Origin: Myxococcota bacterium
GTDB lineage: Bacteria; Myxococcota_A; UBA796; SXON01
Assembly: GCA_040386535.1 (NCBI GenBank)
Contig: JAZKFH010000019.1
Coordinates: forward strand, 1-64,000
Direction of reading: 5' to 3'
DNA length: 64,000 bases
Below, piece after piece: positions 10,019 through 18,590 of this stretch. Every line of letters begins with the position of its first letter. Position 1 is the first letter of the stretch. Position numbers and translations under genes: made by a program. The notes beneath the pieces are model-generated. The model did no database searches. It was not told where the DNA came from and worked only from the letters and a program-made list of their open reading frames with translations.

Positions 10019-10524
10019 CCCGCCTCCTCGATGCCGTGGGCCTCGCGGCGGCCGCCGCCACGCTCGCCGAGAACGTCACCGTCGCCATGAAGGACGTGCC
10101 CCGCTGGGCGCTCGTCGGCATCCGCGCGGGCGGCGTGCCGCTGGCCGACCGCATCGCCGAGCACGTGTTCGCGCGCACCGGGCATCGCCCCCTGCGTGGC
10201 GACGTCGACATCACCCTGTACCGGGACGACCTGTACACCGGCCTCGAGAAGCCCGTCCTCGGGGACACCGACATGCCCTTCGAGGTGAGCGGCTGCGGCA
10301 TCGTGCTGGTGGACGACGTGTTGTTCACCGGCCGCACCGTGCGGGCCGCCATGGGTGAGGTGTGGGACTTCGGCCGGCCGTCGTTCATCCGCCTCGCCGT
10401 GCTGGTCGATCGCGGGCACCGGGAGCTCCCCATCGCGCCCGACTTCGTGGGCGTCACGTTCGCGACCGCCCTGCACGACAAGGTGGTCGTCGATTGGGAT
10501 GCCCAGGAGGTGGTGGTTCGATGA
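10015..10524 (+). CDS. pyrR: PyrR pyrimidine operon regulator / uracil phosphoribosyltransferase
   Basis: DITLYRDDL, VLVDDVLFTGRT, VDRGHRELPI; ATGA overlap with upstream gene. Confidence 0.93.
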   Translation: MTRLLDAVGLAAAAATLAENVTVAMKDVPRWALVGIRAGGVPLADRIAEHVFARTGHRPLRGDVDITLYRDDLYTGLEKPVLGDTDMPFEVSGCGIVLVDDVLFTGRTVRAAMGEVWDFGRPSFIRLAVLVDRGHRELPIAPDFVGVTFATALHDKVVVDWDAQEVVVR

Positions 10525-11465
10525 AGGGGCGAAAACGAAAGGACATGCTCGGCCTGCGGGACGTCGAGCGCGCGGAGATCGAGGAGATCCTCGACACGGC
10601 CGAGCAGATGCGCGAGATCTCGCGCCGCAAGGTCAAGAAGGTGCCGACGCTCCGCGGGCGCACCGTGGTGACCCTCTTCTTCGAGAATTCGACCCGCACC
10701 CGCACCTCGTTCGATCTCGCCGCCAAGCGCCTCTCGGCGGACACCCTCGGGTTCTCCGTCAGTACGTCGTCGACCACCAAGGGCGAGACCTTGATGGACA
10801 CCGCGCGGACCATCTACGCGATGTCGCCCGACGCCGTGGTCGTGCGGCATTCGTGCGCCGGCGCGCCGCACCTGCTCGCGCGCAACTTTCCCTGGACCGT
10901 GCTCAACGCGGGGGACGGCATCAACGAGCACCCCTCGCAGGCCCTGCTCGACATGCTCACCATGCGGGATCGCCTCGGCTCGCTCGAGGGGCGCAAGGTC
11001 GCGATCGTGGGCGATGTCCAACATTCGCGCGTTGCGCGATCCAACATCTTCGGTCTCTCCACGATGGGCGCCAAGGTGTGCGTGGCGGGCCCCGGCACCA
11101 TGTGTCGCGCCGATCTCGCCGCGTTGCCCGTCGAGATCCGCCACACGGTGGACGACGTGGTGGCCGACGCCGACGTGATCATGATGCTCCGCATCCAGCG
11201 CGAACGGCTGGGCCGTGCGGTGCTCCCCAGCGCGCGTGAGTACGCGGCGTTCTACGGCCTCGATCTCGATCGGCTCAAGCGGGCGCGCCCGGACGTGGTG
11301 GTCATGCACCCCGGCCCCATCAACCGCGGTGTCGAGATCGCCGCCGATGTCGCGGACGGTCCCAACAGCGTGATCCTCGACCAGGTGACGAACGGCATCG
11401 CCGTCCGCATGGCCCTCCTCTTCCTCCTGCTCGGCAACGCGGACGATCATGCCCAGGCTCCTTGA
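10521..11465 (+). CDS. pyrB: aspartate carbamoyltransferase catalytic subunit
   Basis: FFENSTRT, NAGDG..EHPSQALLD, HSRVARSN, RIQRER, MHPGPINRG. Confidence 0.96.
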   Translation: MKGRKRKDMLGLRDVERAEIEEILDTAEQMREISRRKVKKVPTLRGRTVVTLFFENSTRTRTSFDLAAKRLSADTLGFSVSTSSTTKGETLMDTARTIYAMSPDAVVVRHSCAGAPHLLARNFPWTVLNAGDGINEHPSQALLDMLTMRDRLGSLEGRKVAIVGDVQHSRVARSNIFGLSTMGAKVCVAGPGTMCRADLAALPVEIRHTVDDVVADADVIMMLRIQRERLGRAVLPSAREYAAFYGLDLDRLKRARPDVVVMHPGPINRGVEIAADVADGPNSVILDQVTNGIAVRMALLFLLLGNADDHAQAP

Positions 11466-12648
11466 GGTCACCGTCTTCGGCGAGAGCGCGCCGCGGGATG
11501 TCGTGGTGGGCGCGGACGACCGCACGGTCGACGCGCGCGGGCTGGTACTGCTCCCGAGCCTCGTCGATCTCGGCTGTGATCCCGGCTTTCCCGGCTTTCC
11601 GGCCCGGGAGGATCTCGCCTCGTTGACGGCGGCGGCGCTGTCGGGCGGCTTCGGCGATCTCGTCACGAGTCCGCTCGTCGATCCGGTGGTGGACACCCCT
11701 GAGCACATCGCCGCCGCGCCGCGCCAGGGCCCGGGCGGGCTGCGCCTCTGGCCCGCGGGGGCCGTCACGCGCGGGCTGTGCGGGGAGGAGCTGGCGGAGA
11801 TCGGCCTGATGGGCGCCGCGGGGGCGGTGGCGCTCTCCGACGGGGGGCGCCCGATCCGGGACACCGTCGTGTTGCGAAACGTGCTCGAGTATGCCCGTGG
11901 CTTCGGGCTGCGCGTGTTCCTCCGCGCGGCCGACGCGGATCTCGACGTGCTCGGCGTCATCCACGAGAGCGGGGTCGCCGCCCAGCTGGGGATGCGCGGC
12001 AACCCCGCCGCCGCCGAAGAGATCGGCATCGCCCGCGTCGTGGCGCTCGTTCGCACGACCGGAGCGACCGTACACCTCACCCGCGTCGGCACCGCGCGCG
12101 GCGTCGAGGCCGTACGCGTCGCCCGCGCCGAGGGGCTGCCCCTCACCGCCTCGACGCCCGCGCGGAACCTCCTGCTCGACGAGGCCGAACATTTCGCGCG
12201 TCCGTACGACACCCGCCTGCGCCTCCACCCGCCGCTGCGCGGCCCGGCGGACCGCGCGGCGCTGATCGCCGGCGTGCGCGACGGCACCCTCCTCCTCACG
12301 TCGGATCACTCGCCCCGCGCCCCCGAGGAGAAGGACCTCGAGTTCGAGCTCTCCACCCCCGGATCGAGCGGCCTGGAGTCCGCGTTCTCGGCGGCCCTCA
12401 CCGCCCTCGACGGCGATCTCTCGGCGGTGGTGGCGGCTTTCTGCACGGGGCCACGCGCGCTGTTGCCCGAGCGGCCGGGCGGCTGCGTGCTCGTCGATCC
12501 GAACGCCTACACCGTCGTAGACGCCGCGCTGCACCATTCGCGCGCGCGCAACGACGCGCTCGATGGACATCGGCTGCGCGGGCAGGTGCGCGCCTGCTTT
12601 CCCGCAGCGTCGATCCCATGGGTGGGCCCAGGCGCCGAAGGCAGTTAG
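11449..12648 (+). CDS. pyrC: dihydroorotase-like protein, metal ligands lost (PyrC'-type)
   Basis: DHOase fold (AALSGGF, SDGG, PPLR, SDHSP, GLE) but DLGCD in place of DxHxH and other His ligands absent. Confidence 0.8.
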   Translation: MPRLLEVTVFGESAPRDVVVGADDRTVDARGLVLLPSLVDLGCDPGFPGFPAREDLASLTAAALSGGFGDLVTSPLVDPVVDTPEHIAAAPRQGPGGLRLWPAGAVTRGLCGEELAEIGLMGAAGAVALSDGGRPIRDTVVLRNVLEYARGFGLRVFLRAADADLDVLGVIHESGVAAQLGMRGNPAAAEEIGIARVVALVRTTGATVHLTRVGTARGVEAVRVARAEGLPLTASTPARNLLLDEAEHFARPYDTRLRLHPPLRGPADRAALIAGVRDGTLLLTSDHSPRAPEEKDLEFELSTPGSSGLESAFSAALTALDGDLSAVVAAFCTGPRALLPERPGGCVLVDPNAYTVVDAALHHSRARNDALDGHRLRGQVRACFPAASIPWVGPGAEGS

Positions 12649-12657
12649 TCTCCAGCG

Positions 12658-13134
12658 ATGCAACGCCTCCCGATGACGCCAGTCGGCTATCAGAAGCTCC
12701 TGGCCGAGTTCAAGAACGTCCGTGAAGTCCTGCGCCCCCAAGTGGTGCGCGACATCGAAGAAGCTCGCGCCCACGGCGACATCAGCGAGAACTCGGAGTT
12801 CGAGGACGCGAAGGAGCGCCAGGCGCACCTCGACGGTCGCATGCGCGACATCGAAGCTCGCTTGTCCCTGGCCGACGTGATCGACATCACGAAGGTCGAG
12901 CCGTCGGACCGGGTCATCTTCGGCACCACCGTCGAGCTCGAAGACACCGACACCGGCGAGTCCACCACCTACAAGTTCGTCGGCGCCGAAGAGATGGACG
13001 TGAAGGCGGGCCTGATCTCCTACTCGTCCCCCATCGGGCGCGCGCTGATCGGCCGCTCCGTGGGCGACGAAGTGCGCTTTGAGACCCCCAAGGGCACGCG
13101 CACGGTGGTGATCAACGCCGTTCACTACCGCTGA
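12658..13134 (+). CDS. greA: transcription elongation factor GreA
   Basis: EARAHGDISENSEF, ISYSSPIGRALIG. Confidence 0.96.
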   Translation: MQRLPMTPVGYQKLLAEFKNVREVLRPQVVRDIEEARAHGDISENSEFEDAKERQAHLDGRMRDIEARLSLADVIDITKVEPSDRVIFGTTVELEDTDTGESTTYKFVGAEEMDVKAGLISYSSPIGRALIGRSVGDEVRFETPKGTRTVVINAVHYR

Positions 13135-13144
13135 GGATTTCCCC

Positions 13145-16045
13145 ATGACCGCTGCGTCCGTACATGAGGCGCTCGCCGTCCTGGGTCGCACCGCCGGCTG
13201 GCTCGCGCGTGACGGCAACGTTGCCCGCGCCCGCTATGTCGAGGCGACCCTCGGCCGGTGGGCAGCGCTCCCCTCCGAGTCGCCCGAGGGCGACATCACG
13301 ATTGGTTTCCAGGCCATCCGGGACGAGATCTCCGGCTTCGACGCCGAGCCCGAAGAGGCCCGTGCCACCCGCGCATCACGCCTGGTCGGGCACATCGCCG
13401 CGCTCCGGGCCCGGTTCGGGGCGATCGAGGTTCCCACCCCGTTCCCGCGCGCGGTGCTGCTCCCCGCCGGCATCCTGGCCGACCTCCCACCCAAGCCGCC
13501 CCCGGCGCCCGTGTACGTCCTGCCCGTCGGCCCGACCGACGAGCTCGAGGCGCGCGCGCCCGAGGCCCGTGGCGAGCGGGCCCCCGAGGAGCGCCCCGAA
13601 CGTGGCGAGCGTACCGACCGCCCCGAGCGCGCGGAGCGTGCCGAGCGTACGGACCGCCCTGAGCGTGCGGAACGTGCCGAGCGTACGGACCGCCCCGAAC
13701 GTCCGGAGCGTCGGGAGCGCGGCGATCGTCGTGACCCGTCCCGTCGTCGGCAGGACGATCGGGAGCCCGGAGAGGGGCGTCGCGGCGAGCGTCGCGGGGA
13801 AGAGCGAGCCGCCGAGCCGGTCGTCGTCGAGGCGCCGGTCGTCGTCCCCGAGCCGCCGAAGCCGCCCCCGCCGCCGCCCGAGCCGCGCGTGTTCCCGCTG
13901 GGCCACCCCGAAGGCACGGGCGAGCCCGTGGAGGCCCTCGGGGTGCTCGACGAGGCCGAACTTGCCCTTTTTGCGGCCGCGGACATCACCTCCGTCGCCG
14001 ATCTGCTGCTGCGCCCGCCGGTCGCCACCGATCGCGCGGGAGAGCGCTGGAATCCGGGCGTGCCCCCCGAAGGCCCCGTGATCGTGCGCGGCACCGTCAA
14101 GGCGCGCCTGACTCGCTTCACGCCGGGCGTCCGCCGCCACGAGGTCATCTTGGCCCACGACAAGGGCGAGGTGTCCTGCCGTTGGCTCGGGCCCGTGCCT
14201 GCCGAGGTCGCGGTACTTCGCGCCGGCGCCGAGGTCGGCTTCGCCGGCCTGCTCGAGACCGATGTCGAGGGCGGTGAGCCCGTCGAGGGTGCTGAGGGCG
14301 TCGCGGCTCCCGCGCCGGTCCGCGCCGTGCTCTACGAGGGCGAGCCCCTCGGGATCGAGGGCCGTGGCGGCGACTGGTTCCCGCGGTACGAGATCCCCGG
14401 CATCGACGAGCCCCGGGCCCGCGCGGTGATGCGTGCGGCGCTGCGCAAGCACGCCGACAGCCTCCAGGATCACCTCCCGGCCGACGTGATCGAGCGCTAC
14501 CGGCTCCTGTCGCTGCCGCTCGCCCTGCGCGACGTTCACTTCCCCAGCAACGCGAGCCGCAAGGGCCGCTCGCGGCTCGGCTTCGACGAGCTGCTCCAGG
14601 TGCAGCTCGGGGTCGCGCTGCTCCGGGCGCGCGAGCGTCGCGACCGCGGCATCTCCAACCCCGTGAGTCACGCGCTCGTCGCGCAGGCGCTCGGCATGGG
14701 TGGCTGGCAGTTCACAGACGAGCAGGAGCAGGCGTTCGACGACATCCGGCGTGACCTTCGCCGGCCCCAGCCGATGACGCGGCTCCTCCAGGGGGATGTG
14801 GGCGTCGGCAAACACGCGGTGGTGCAGGCGGCGATGGTGCTCGTGGCCGAGGCCAAGCACCAGGCGCTGTTCCTCGCGCCCGACGCGCTGTCGGCCGAGC
14901 ACCGTTACCTGTTCGCCGAGTCCTTCTTCAAGTCGGTGGGCTTCGACCCCATGCTGCTCACGGGCCCGCCCACGCGCGCCCAGGCCGACCAGCTCAAGAA
15001 GGGGGACGCCCTCGTCATCTACGCGACCCACGCGCTCGCCAAGGACGTCCCCACGTTCCGGAAGCTCGGGCTCGTCGTGTACGAGGAGCAGGGCACCTAC
15101 GGCGCCGCCGACATCTCGCCCTTCGAGACCCAGGGCCAGCGCCCAGACCTCCTCGTCTTCACGCCCACGCCGGTTCCGAGCGCCCTGTTGCTCAACCTGT
15201 ACGGGCAGCTGGCGATGACCGTCATCAACAGCGGCACGTCGCGCGGCGTGGACACCACGGCCCACGACACCCATCATCGCGACGAGGCCTACAACCACGG
15301 GCGCGAGGCCATCGAGGCCGGGCACCAGGTGATGATCGTGTTCCCGGTGATCCGGGGCCAGGATCTCTTGTCGCCCTCCGAGGCGCGTCGTCTCTCCGAG
15401 GTGCTCGCCTCCGAGACCTTCCCGGGCGCACGGGTCGGCATCTTCAACGGCGGCATGTCTCGCGAGGAGCGGTTCCGCGCCTACGACGACTTCCAGCACC
15501 GCCGCACCGAGGTGTTGCTGTGCACCACCCACGTCGAGCACGGCCCCGTGGTGCCGAACGCGTCGGTGATGATCGTGGAGCAGGCCCAGCAGTTCGACCT
15601 GGTGCGGCTGCACCGCCTGCGCAGCCACATCAGCAACGGGTGGCGCCGCGGCCAGTGCATGCTCATCGTGGGCGACGATCCTCGCCCCGAGGCGCGCCAC
15701 AACATCGATCTGTTGCTCAAGGAGACCGACGGCTACCGCATCGCCGAGCTCGACCTTCGGCATCGCGGCATCGAGGCCGCCCTGGGCGACCGCGCGGCGG
15801 ACGCGCCGGACTTCGTCTGGGCCGATCCTGTGGTCGAGCGTGATCTCATGGTGCGCACCCGCCAGGAGGCCGTGCGCCTCCTGAACGCCGATCCTGGGCT
15901 CAAGCGGCGGACCAACCGCCCCCTGCTCAACCTCGTGCGCGCTCGTTTCGGCGAGGACGCCGTGCCCGAAGGAGGAAGCGCGCCGCCGCCGCCCTCCTCG
16001 GTCGACGCGAACGCGCGCCGCCGCCGTCGGCGCCGCGGAAGGTAG
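13145..16045 (+). CDS. recG: RecG-like SF2 helicase with degenerate ATPase motifs and long low-complexity N-terminal extension
   Basis: RLGFDELL, FTDEQ, PMTRLLQGDVG, VPNASVMIVE and DGYRIAELDL..RG (TRG) are recognisable; motifs I, II, III and VI are altered. Confidence 0.75.
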   Translation: MTAASVHEALAVLGRTAGWLARDGNVARARYVEATLGRWAALPSESPEGDITIGFQAIRDEISGFDAEPEEARATRASRLVGHIAALRARFGAIEVPTPFPRAVLLPAGILADLPPKPPPAPVYVLPVGPTDELEARAPEARGERAPEERPERGERTDRPERAERAERTDRPERAERAERTDRPERPERRERGDRRDPSRRRQDDREPGEGRRGERRGEERAAEPVVVEAPVVVPEPPKPPPPPPEPRVFPLGHPEGTGEPVEALGVLDEAELALFAAADITSVADLLLRPPVATDRAGERWNPGVPPEGPVIVRGTVKARLTRFTPGVRRHEVILAHDKGEVSCRWLGPVPAEVAVLRAGAEVGFAGLLETDVEGGEPVEGAEGVAAPAPVRAVLYEGEPLGIEGRGGDWFPRYEIPGIDEPRARAVMRAALRKHADSLQDHLPADVIERYRLLSLPLALRDVHFPSNASRKGRSRLGFDELLQVQLGVALLRARERRDRGISNPVSHALVAQALGMGGWQFTDEQEQAFDDIRRDLRRPQPMTRLLQGDVGVGKHAVVQAAMVLVAEAKHQALFLAPDALSAEHRYLFAESFFKSVGFDPMLLTGPPTRAQADQLKKGDALVIYATHALAKDVPTFRKLGLVVYEEQGTYGAADISPFETQGQRPDLLVFTPTPVPSALLLNLYGQLAMTVINSGTSRGVDTTAHDTHHRDEAYNHGREAIEAGHQVMIVFPVIRGQDLLSPSEARRLSEVLASETFPGARVGIFNGGMSREERFRAYDDFQHRRTEVLLCTTHVEHGPVVPNASVMIVEQAQQFDLVRLHRLRSHISNGWRRGQCMLIVGDDPRPEARHNIDLLLKETDGYRIAELDLRHRGIEAALGDRAADAPDFVWADPVVERDLMVRTRQEAVRLLNADPGLKRRTNRPLLNLVRARFGEDAVPEGGSAPPPPSSVDANARRRRRRRGR
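13607..13702 (+). repeat. 36-bp coding tandem repeat (ERTDRPERAERA x ~2.7) in recG-like gene
   Basis: GAGCGTAC(C/G)GACCGCCC... units start at 13607, 13643 and 13679. Confidence 0.85.
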
Positions 16046-16052
16046 GGTCCGC

Positions 16053-16481
16053 ATGCCCGTCGTCCAGCGCAGCATCGAGATCGACGTGCCTCCCGCGGCG
16101 CTGATGCGCGTCATCTGCGACTTTGCGGCATATCCACGCTTCCTGCCCGACATGGTGGAGGCGACCGTGCTGCGCGCCGAGCCCACCCGGTGGACGGTCA
16201 AGTACGCCGTCCGCATCATCCGCCGCGTCGAGTACACGCTGGATCACGTGCGTGAAGGGGACACCCGGCTGCGCTGGGCGCTGGTCGAGGGCGCCTTCAA
16301 GTCGAACAACGGCGGGTGGGAGCTCGAGCCGCTCGATGAAGGCGCGCGCACCCGCGCCACCTACACGCTCGATATCGACATCGGCATGTTCGTGCCGGGC
16401 AGCGTCCTTAAGACCCTCCTCGAGCAGAATCTCCCCGCGACGCTCGCCGGCTTCAAGGCGCGCGCCGAGGCGAAGCGTTGA
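16053..16481 (+). CDS. SRPBCC / polyketide cyclase (RatA/Coq10-like) protein
   Basis: DFAAYPRFLP, W.LVEG.FKSNNGGWEL, FKARAE. Confidence 0.85.
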   Translation: MPVVQRSIEIDVPPAALMRVICDFAAYPRFLPDMVEATVLRAEPTRWTVKYAVRIIRRVEYTLDHVREGDTRLRWALVEGAFKSNNGGWELEPLDEGARTRATYTLDIDIGMFVPGSVLKTLLEQNLPATLAGFKARAEAKR

Positions 16482-16732
16482 CACCCCGCTGGGTGCTGGT
16501 GGCGCTCCTGGTCGCGGCGTGTGGCACCCCGGCGCCCCCCAAGGGTTTCGGCGGGATGGGGGGCGGGGACGAAGACACACCGGACGATGACACTGGCGAA
16601 GAATGTGTCACGTGTGAGCTGACCGACTGCGAAGATGACACGGAGCCGGAGGACGTGGCGTCCGAGGACGACTGTTCGGACGCGGCGGAAGAGCAGGGGT
16701 GCGCCGAGTACAGCTTCGAAGAAGGCTGCTGA
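16478..16732 (+). CDS. small acidic Cys-rich lipoprotein
   Basis: TTG start overlapping upstream stop; lipobox VAAC; six Cys in an acidic C-terminal half. Confidence 0.65.
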   Translation: MTPRWVLVALLVAACGTPAPPKGFGGMGGGDEDTPDDDTGEECVTCELTDCEDDTEPEDVASEDDCSDAAEEQGCAEYSFEEGC

Positions 16733-16891
16733 GAGCGTGACCGTCATTCCCTCCCGTCGCCCGCTCGCGTCTGCTGGGCGTGGCCGCACGGCTTCCTCGG
16801 TCACAGGTCTCGACCTGCTCCCTCGTCAGCCGTGCAGCCACGCCTCAGCATCCGCTTCGCGTGCTCGGTCCGGGGAGTGACGGTCACGCTC
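16733..16891. mobile_element. MITE-like element (159 bp) with 19-bp TIRs and TGA target duplication
   Basis: Left GAGCGTGACCGTCATTCCC (16733-16751), right GGGAGTGACGGTCACGCTC (16873-16891), 18/19 complementary; TGA directly on both sides. Confidence 0.7.
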
Positions 16892-16987
16892 TGAGGCCCT
16901 CCAAGGCTCGGCCTCGACGGACGCATCTCGTGACCTTCTCCGACACGGCTGGGCTCTATTCTCTGCGGGAGATGGAGCTCGAAACGC

Positions 16988-18157
16988 ATGATCCTGTTTT
17001 CCATGATGGTCGCCGGTTGCGACGTGGTCCAGACCCTGAATCCTTTCGACAGGCCCGATCCGGATCCCGGGCTGCCTCCGGGGGACACGAGCGTCGAGTC
17101 CGGTGGCGCGGCGCCGGGCGCCGGATTTCCGTTCGACGACGACCAGGTGTTCGAGCTCGCGCTGACGCTCCCACCGGACTCGGTCGCGGGGTTGGTGTAC
17201 GAAGGAGACTACGTCCGCGCCACCCTCGCGTTCGCAGGGTACGAGGCGGACACAGGGGTGCGACTCAAGGGGGCGGGTACCTTCGACACGCTCGACGGAA
17301 AGCCCTCCCTGAAGCTCAACTTCGGGGCGTTCACCCCCGGTGGCGAGTTCCTCGGCAACGAGCGGCTCACCCTCAATGCCATGAAATTCGACCGCACCAA
17401 GATGCGGGAGGCCGTGGCCTATCGAATGTACGAGCAGATGGGAGTCCCCGCGCCGCGCCACGGGTACGCGCACCTGACCATCAACGGCGCGGACTACGGC
17501 CTGTACAGCATCGTCGAGACGATGGACGAGAATTTCCTCGACCGCGCCTATCCGGGCGACGACGACGGGAACCTGTACGACTCCCAATTCGTCGCGTCCG
17601 ACTTCACCCTGGCCGGAATCCCGACGTTCGAGTTGCAGGAGGGAGACCCTGCGACCGCGAACACCGACCTCCAATCGTTGGTCGGCGCGTTGGACGCGGG
17701 GAACTTCTGGGACGTCTTCCAGAGCAAGTTCGACGTGGAGGCGACCTTGTCATTCCTGGCGGTCGATCTCGCGTCGCCGAATTGGGACGGCTACTCGCGC
17801 AACACCAACAACTTCCTCGTCTACCACGCGACGGTGGCCGACCGTTGGACCATCGTGCCGTGGGGGCAGGACTCCGCGTTTTATGGGGGTGGGCTCCTGT
17901 ACGGCGGGGTGCGGGCGCGCCTCGCCACCGGGTGCCTGAACGATCCTGTGTGCCGGCCCCAGCTCGAGGAGCACATCCGCACCGTGCTGGACGTGTGGGA
18001 GAAGGAGGACCTGCACGGCTGGGCCACCACCACCGCCGCGCTCATCGATCCGGTCTGCCAGGCCGATCCGCGCAAGCAGGAGGACTGCCAGCAGGCCGAG
18101 ATGTTGGAGCTTTTGCTGGAGCGCCCTGAAGACGTGCGGAAGGAGCTCGGGCCGTGA
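16988..18157 (+). CDS. CotH kinase family lipoprotein
   Basis: GVRLKG, KPSLKLNF, GLYSIVE, NWDGY..NTNNF, IVPWGQD; lipobox VAGC. Confidence 0.85.
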   Translation: MILFSMMVAGCDVVQTLNPFDRPDPDPGLPPGDTSVESGGAAPGAGFPFDDDQVFELALTLPPDSVAGLVYEGDYVRATLAFAGYEADTGVRLKGAGTFDTLDGKPSLKLNFGAFTPGGEFLGNERLTLNAMKFDRTKMREAVAYRMYEQMGVPAPRHGYAHLTINGADYGLYSIVETMDENFLDRAYPGDDDGNLYDSQFVASDFTLAGIPTFELQEGDPATANTDLQSLVGALDAGNFWDVFQSKFDVEATLSFLAVDLASPNWDGYSRNTNNFLVYHATVADRWTIVPWGQDSAFYGGGLLYGGVRARLATGCLNDPVCRPQLEEHIRTVLDVWEKEDLHGWATTTAALIDPVCQADPRKQEDCQQAEMLELLLERPEDVRKELGP

Positions 18158-18169
18158 CCCTTGGCGGCC

Positions 18170-18532
18170 TCAGGGAGACGTGTAGACGACGCCCTCCCAA
18201 GTGACGCGCCCGGTCGTGCGGTGGAAGGTGCCCTCGTGGGTCGCTCCGCCGCTCGACGTGGCGACGAGATCGTTCTCGTCACACGTCACGGTGCCGGACT
18301 CGCCGATGTCCGAGTAGGACCAGGCGTAGGTGCCCTCCCCGAAGGTGAGTGTCCAGTGACACATCACCGGGCCCGACTCGCCGAGGCCACACTCGAGCTC
18401 CTCGAGCGAGGAGAAGGTCTCTCCCCACAAGCCGGAACCACAGTCGCGACCGCCATCCGGCGCTCCGGTGTCGACCACCAGCCCGCCGGACGTACATGCG
18501 GCGAGGAGCAGCGGGAGGATGGCGACGCGCAT
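18170..18532 (-). CDS. hypothetical lipoprotein
   Basis: MRVAILPLLLAAC lipobox; beta-rich mature part with Cys residues. Confidence 0.7.
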   Translation of the reverse strand: MRVAILPLLLAACTSGGLVVDTGAPDGGRDCGSGLWGETFSSLEELECGLGESGPVMCHWTLTFGEGTYAWSYSDIGESGTVTCDENDLVATSSGGATHEGTFHRTTGRVTWEGVVYTSP

Positions 18533-18590
18533 GGAGGGAAGGCCGGGTGACGTTCTCAACGTAGCACCACGCGCGCAGTACGATGCGCGG

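Noticed and set aside
16053..16732. RatA-RatB toxin-antitoxin pair
   Set aside because: The downstream gene is a lipoprotein, not a ubiquitin-like RatB; the SRPBCC fold alone is insufficient
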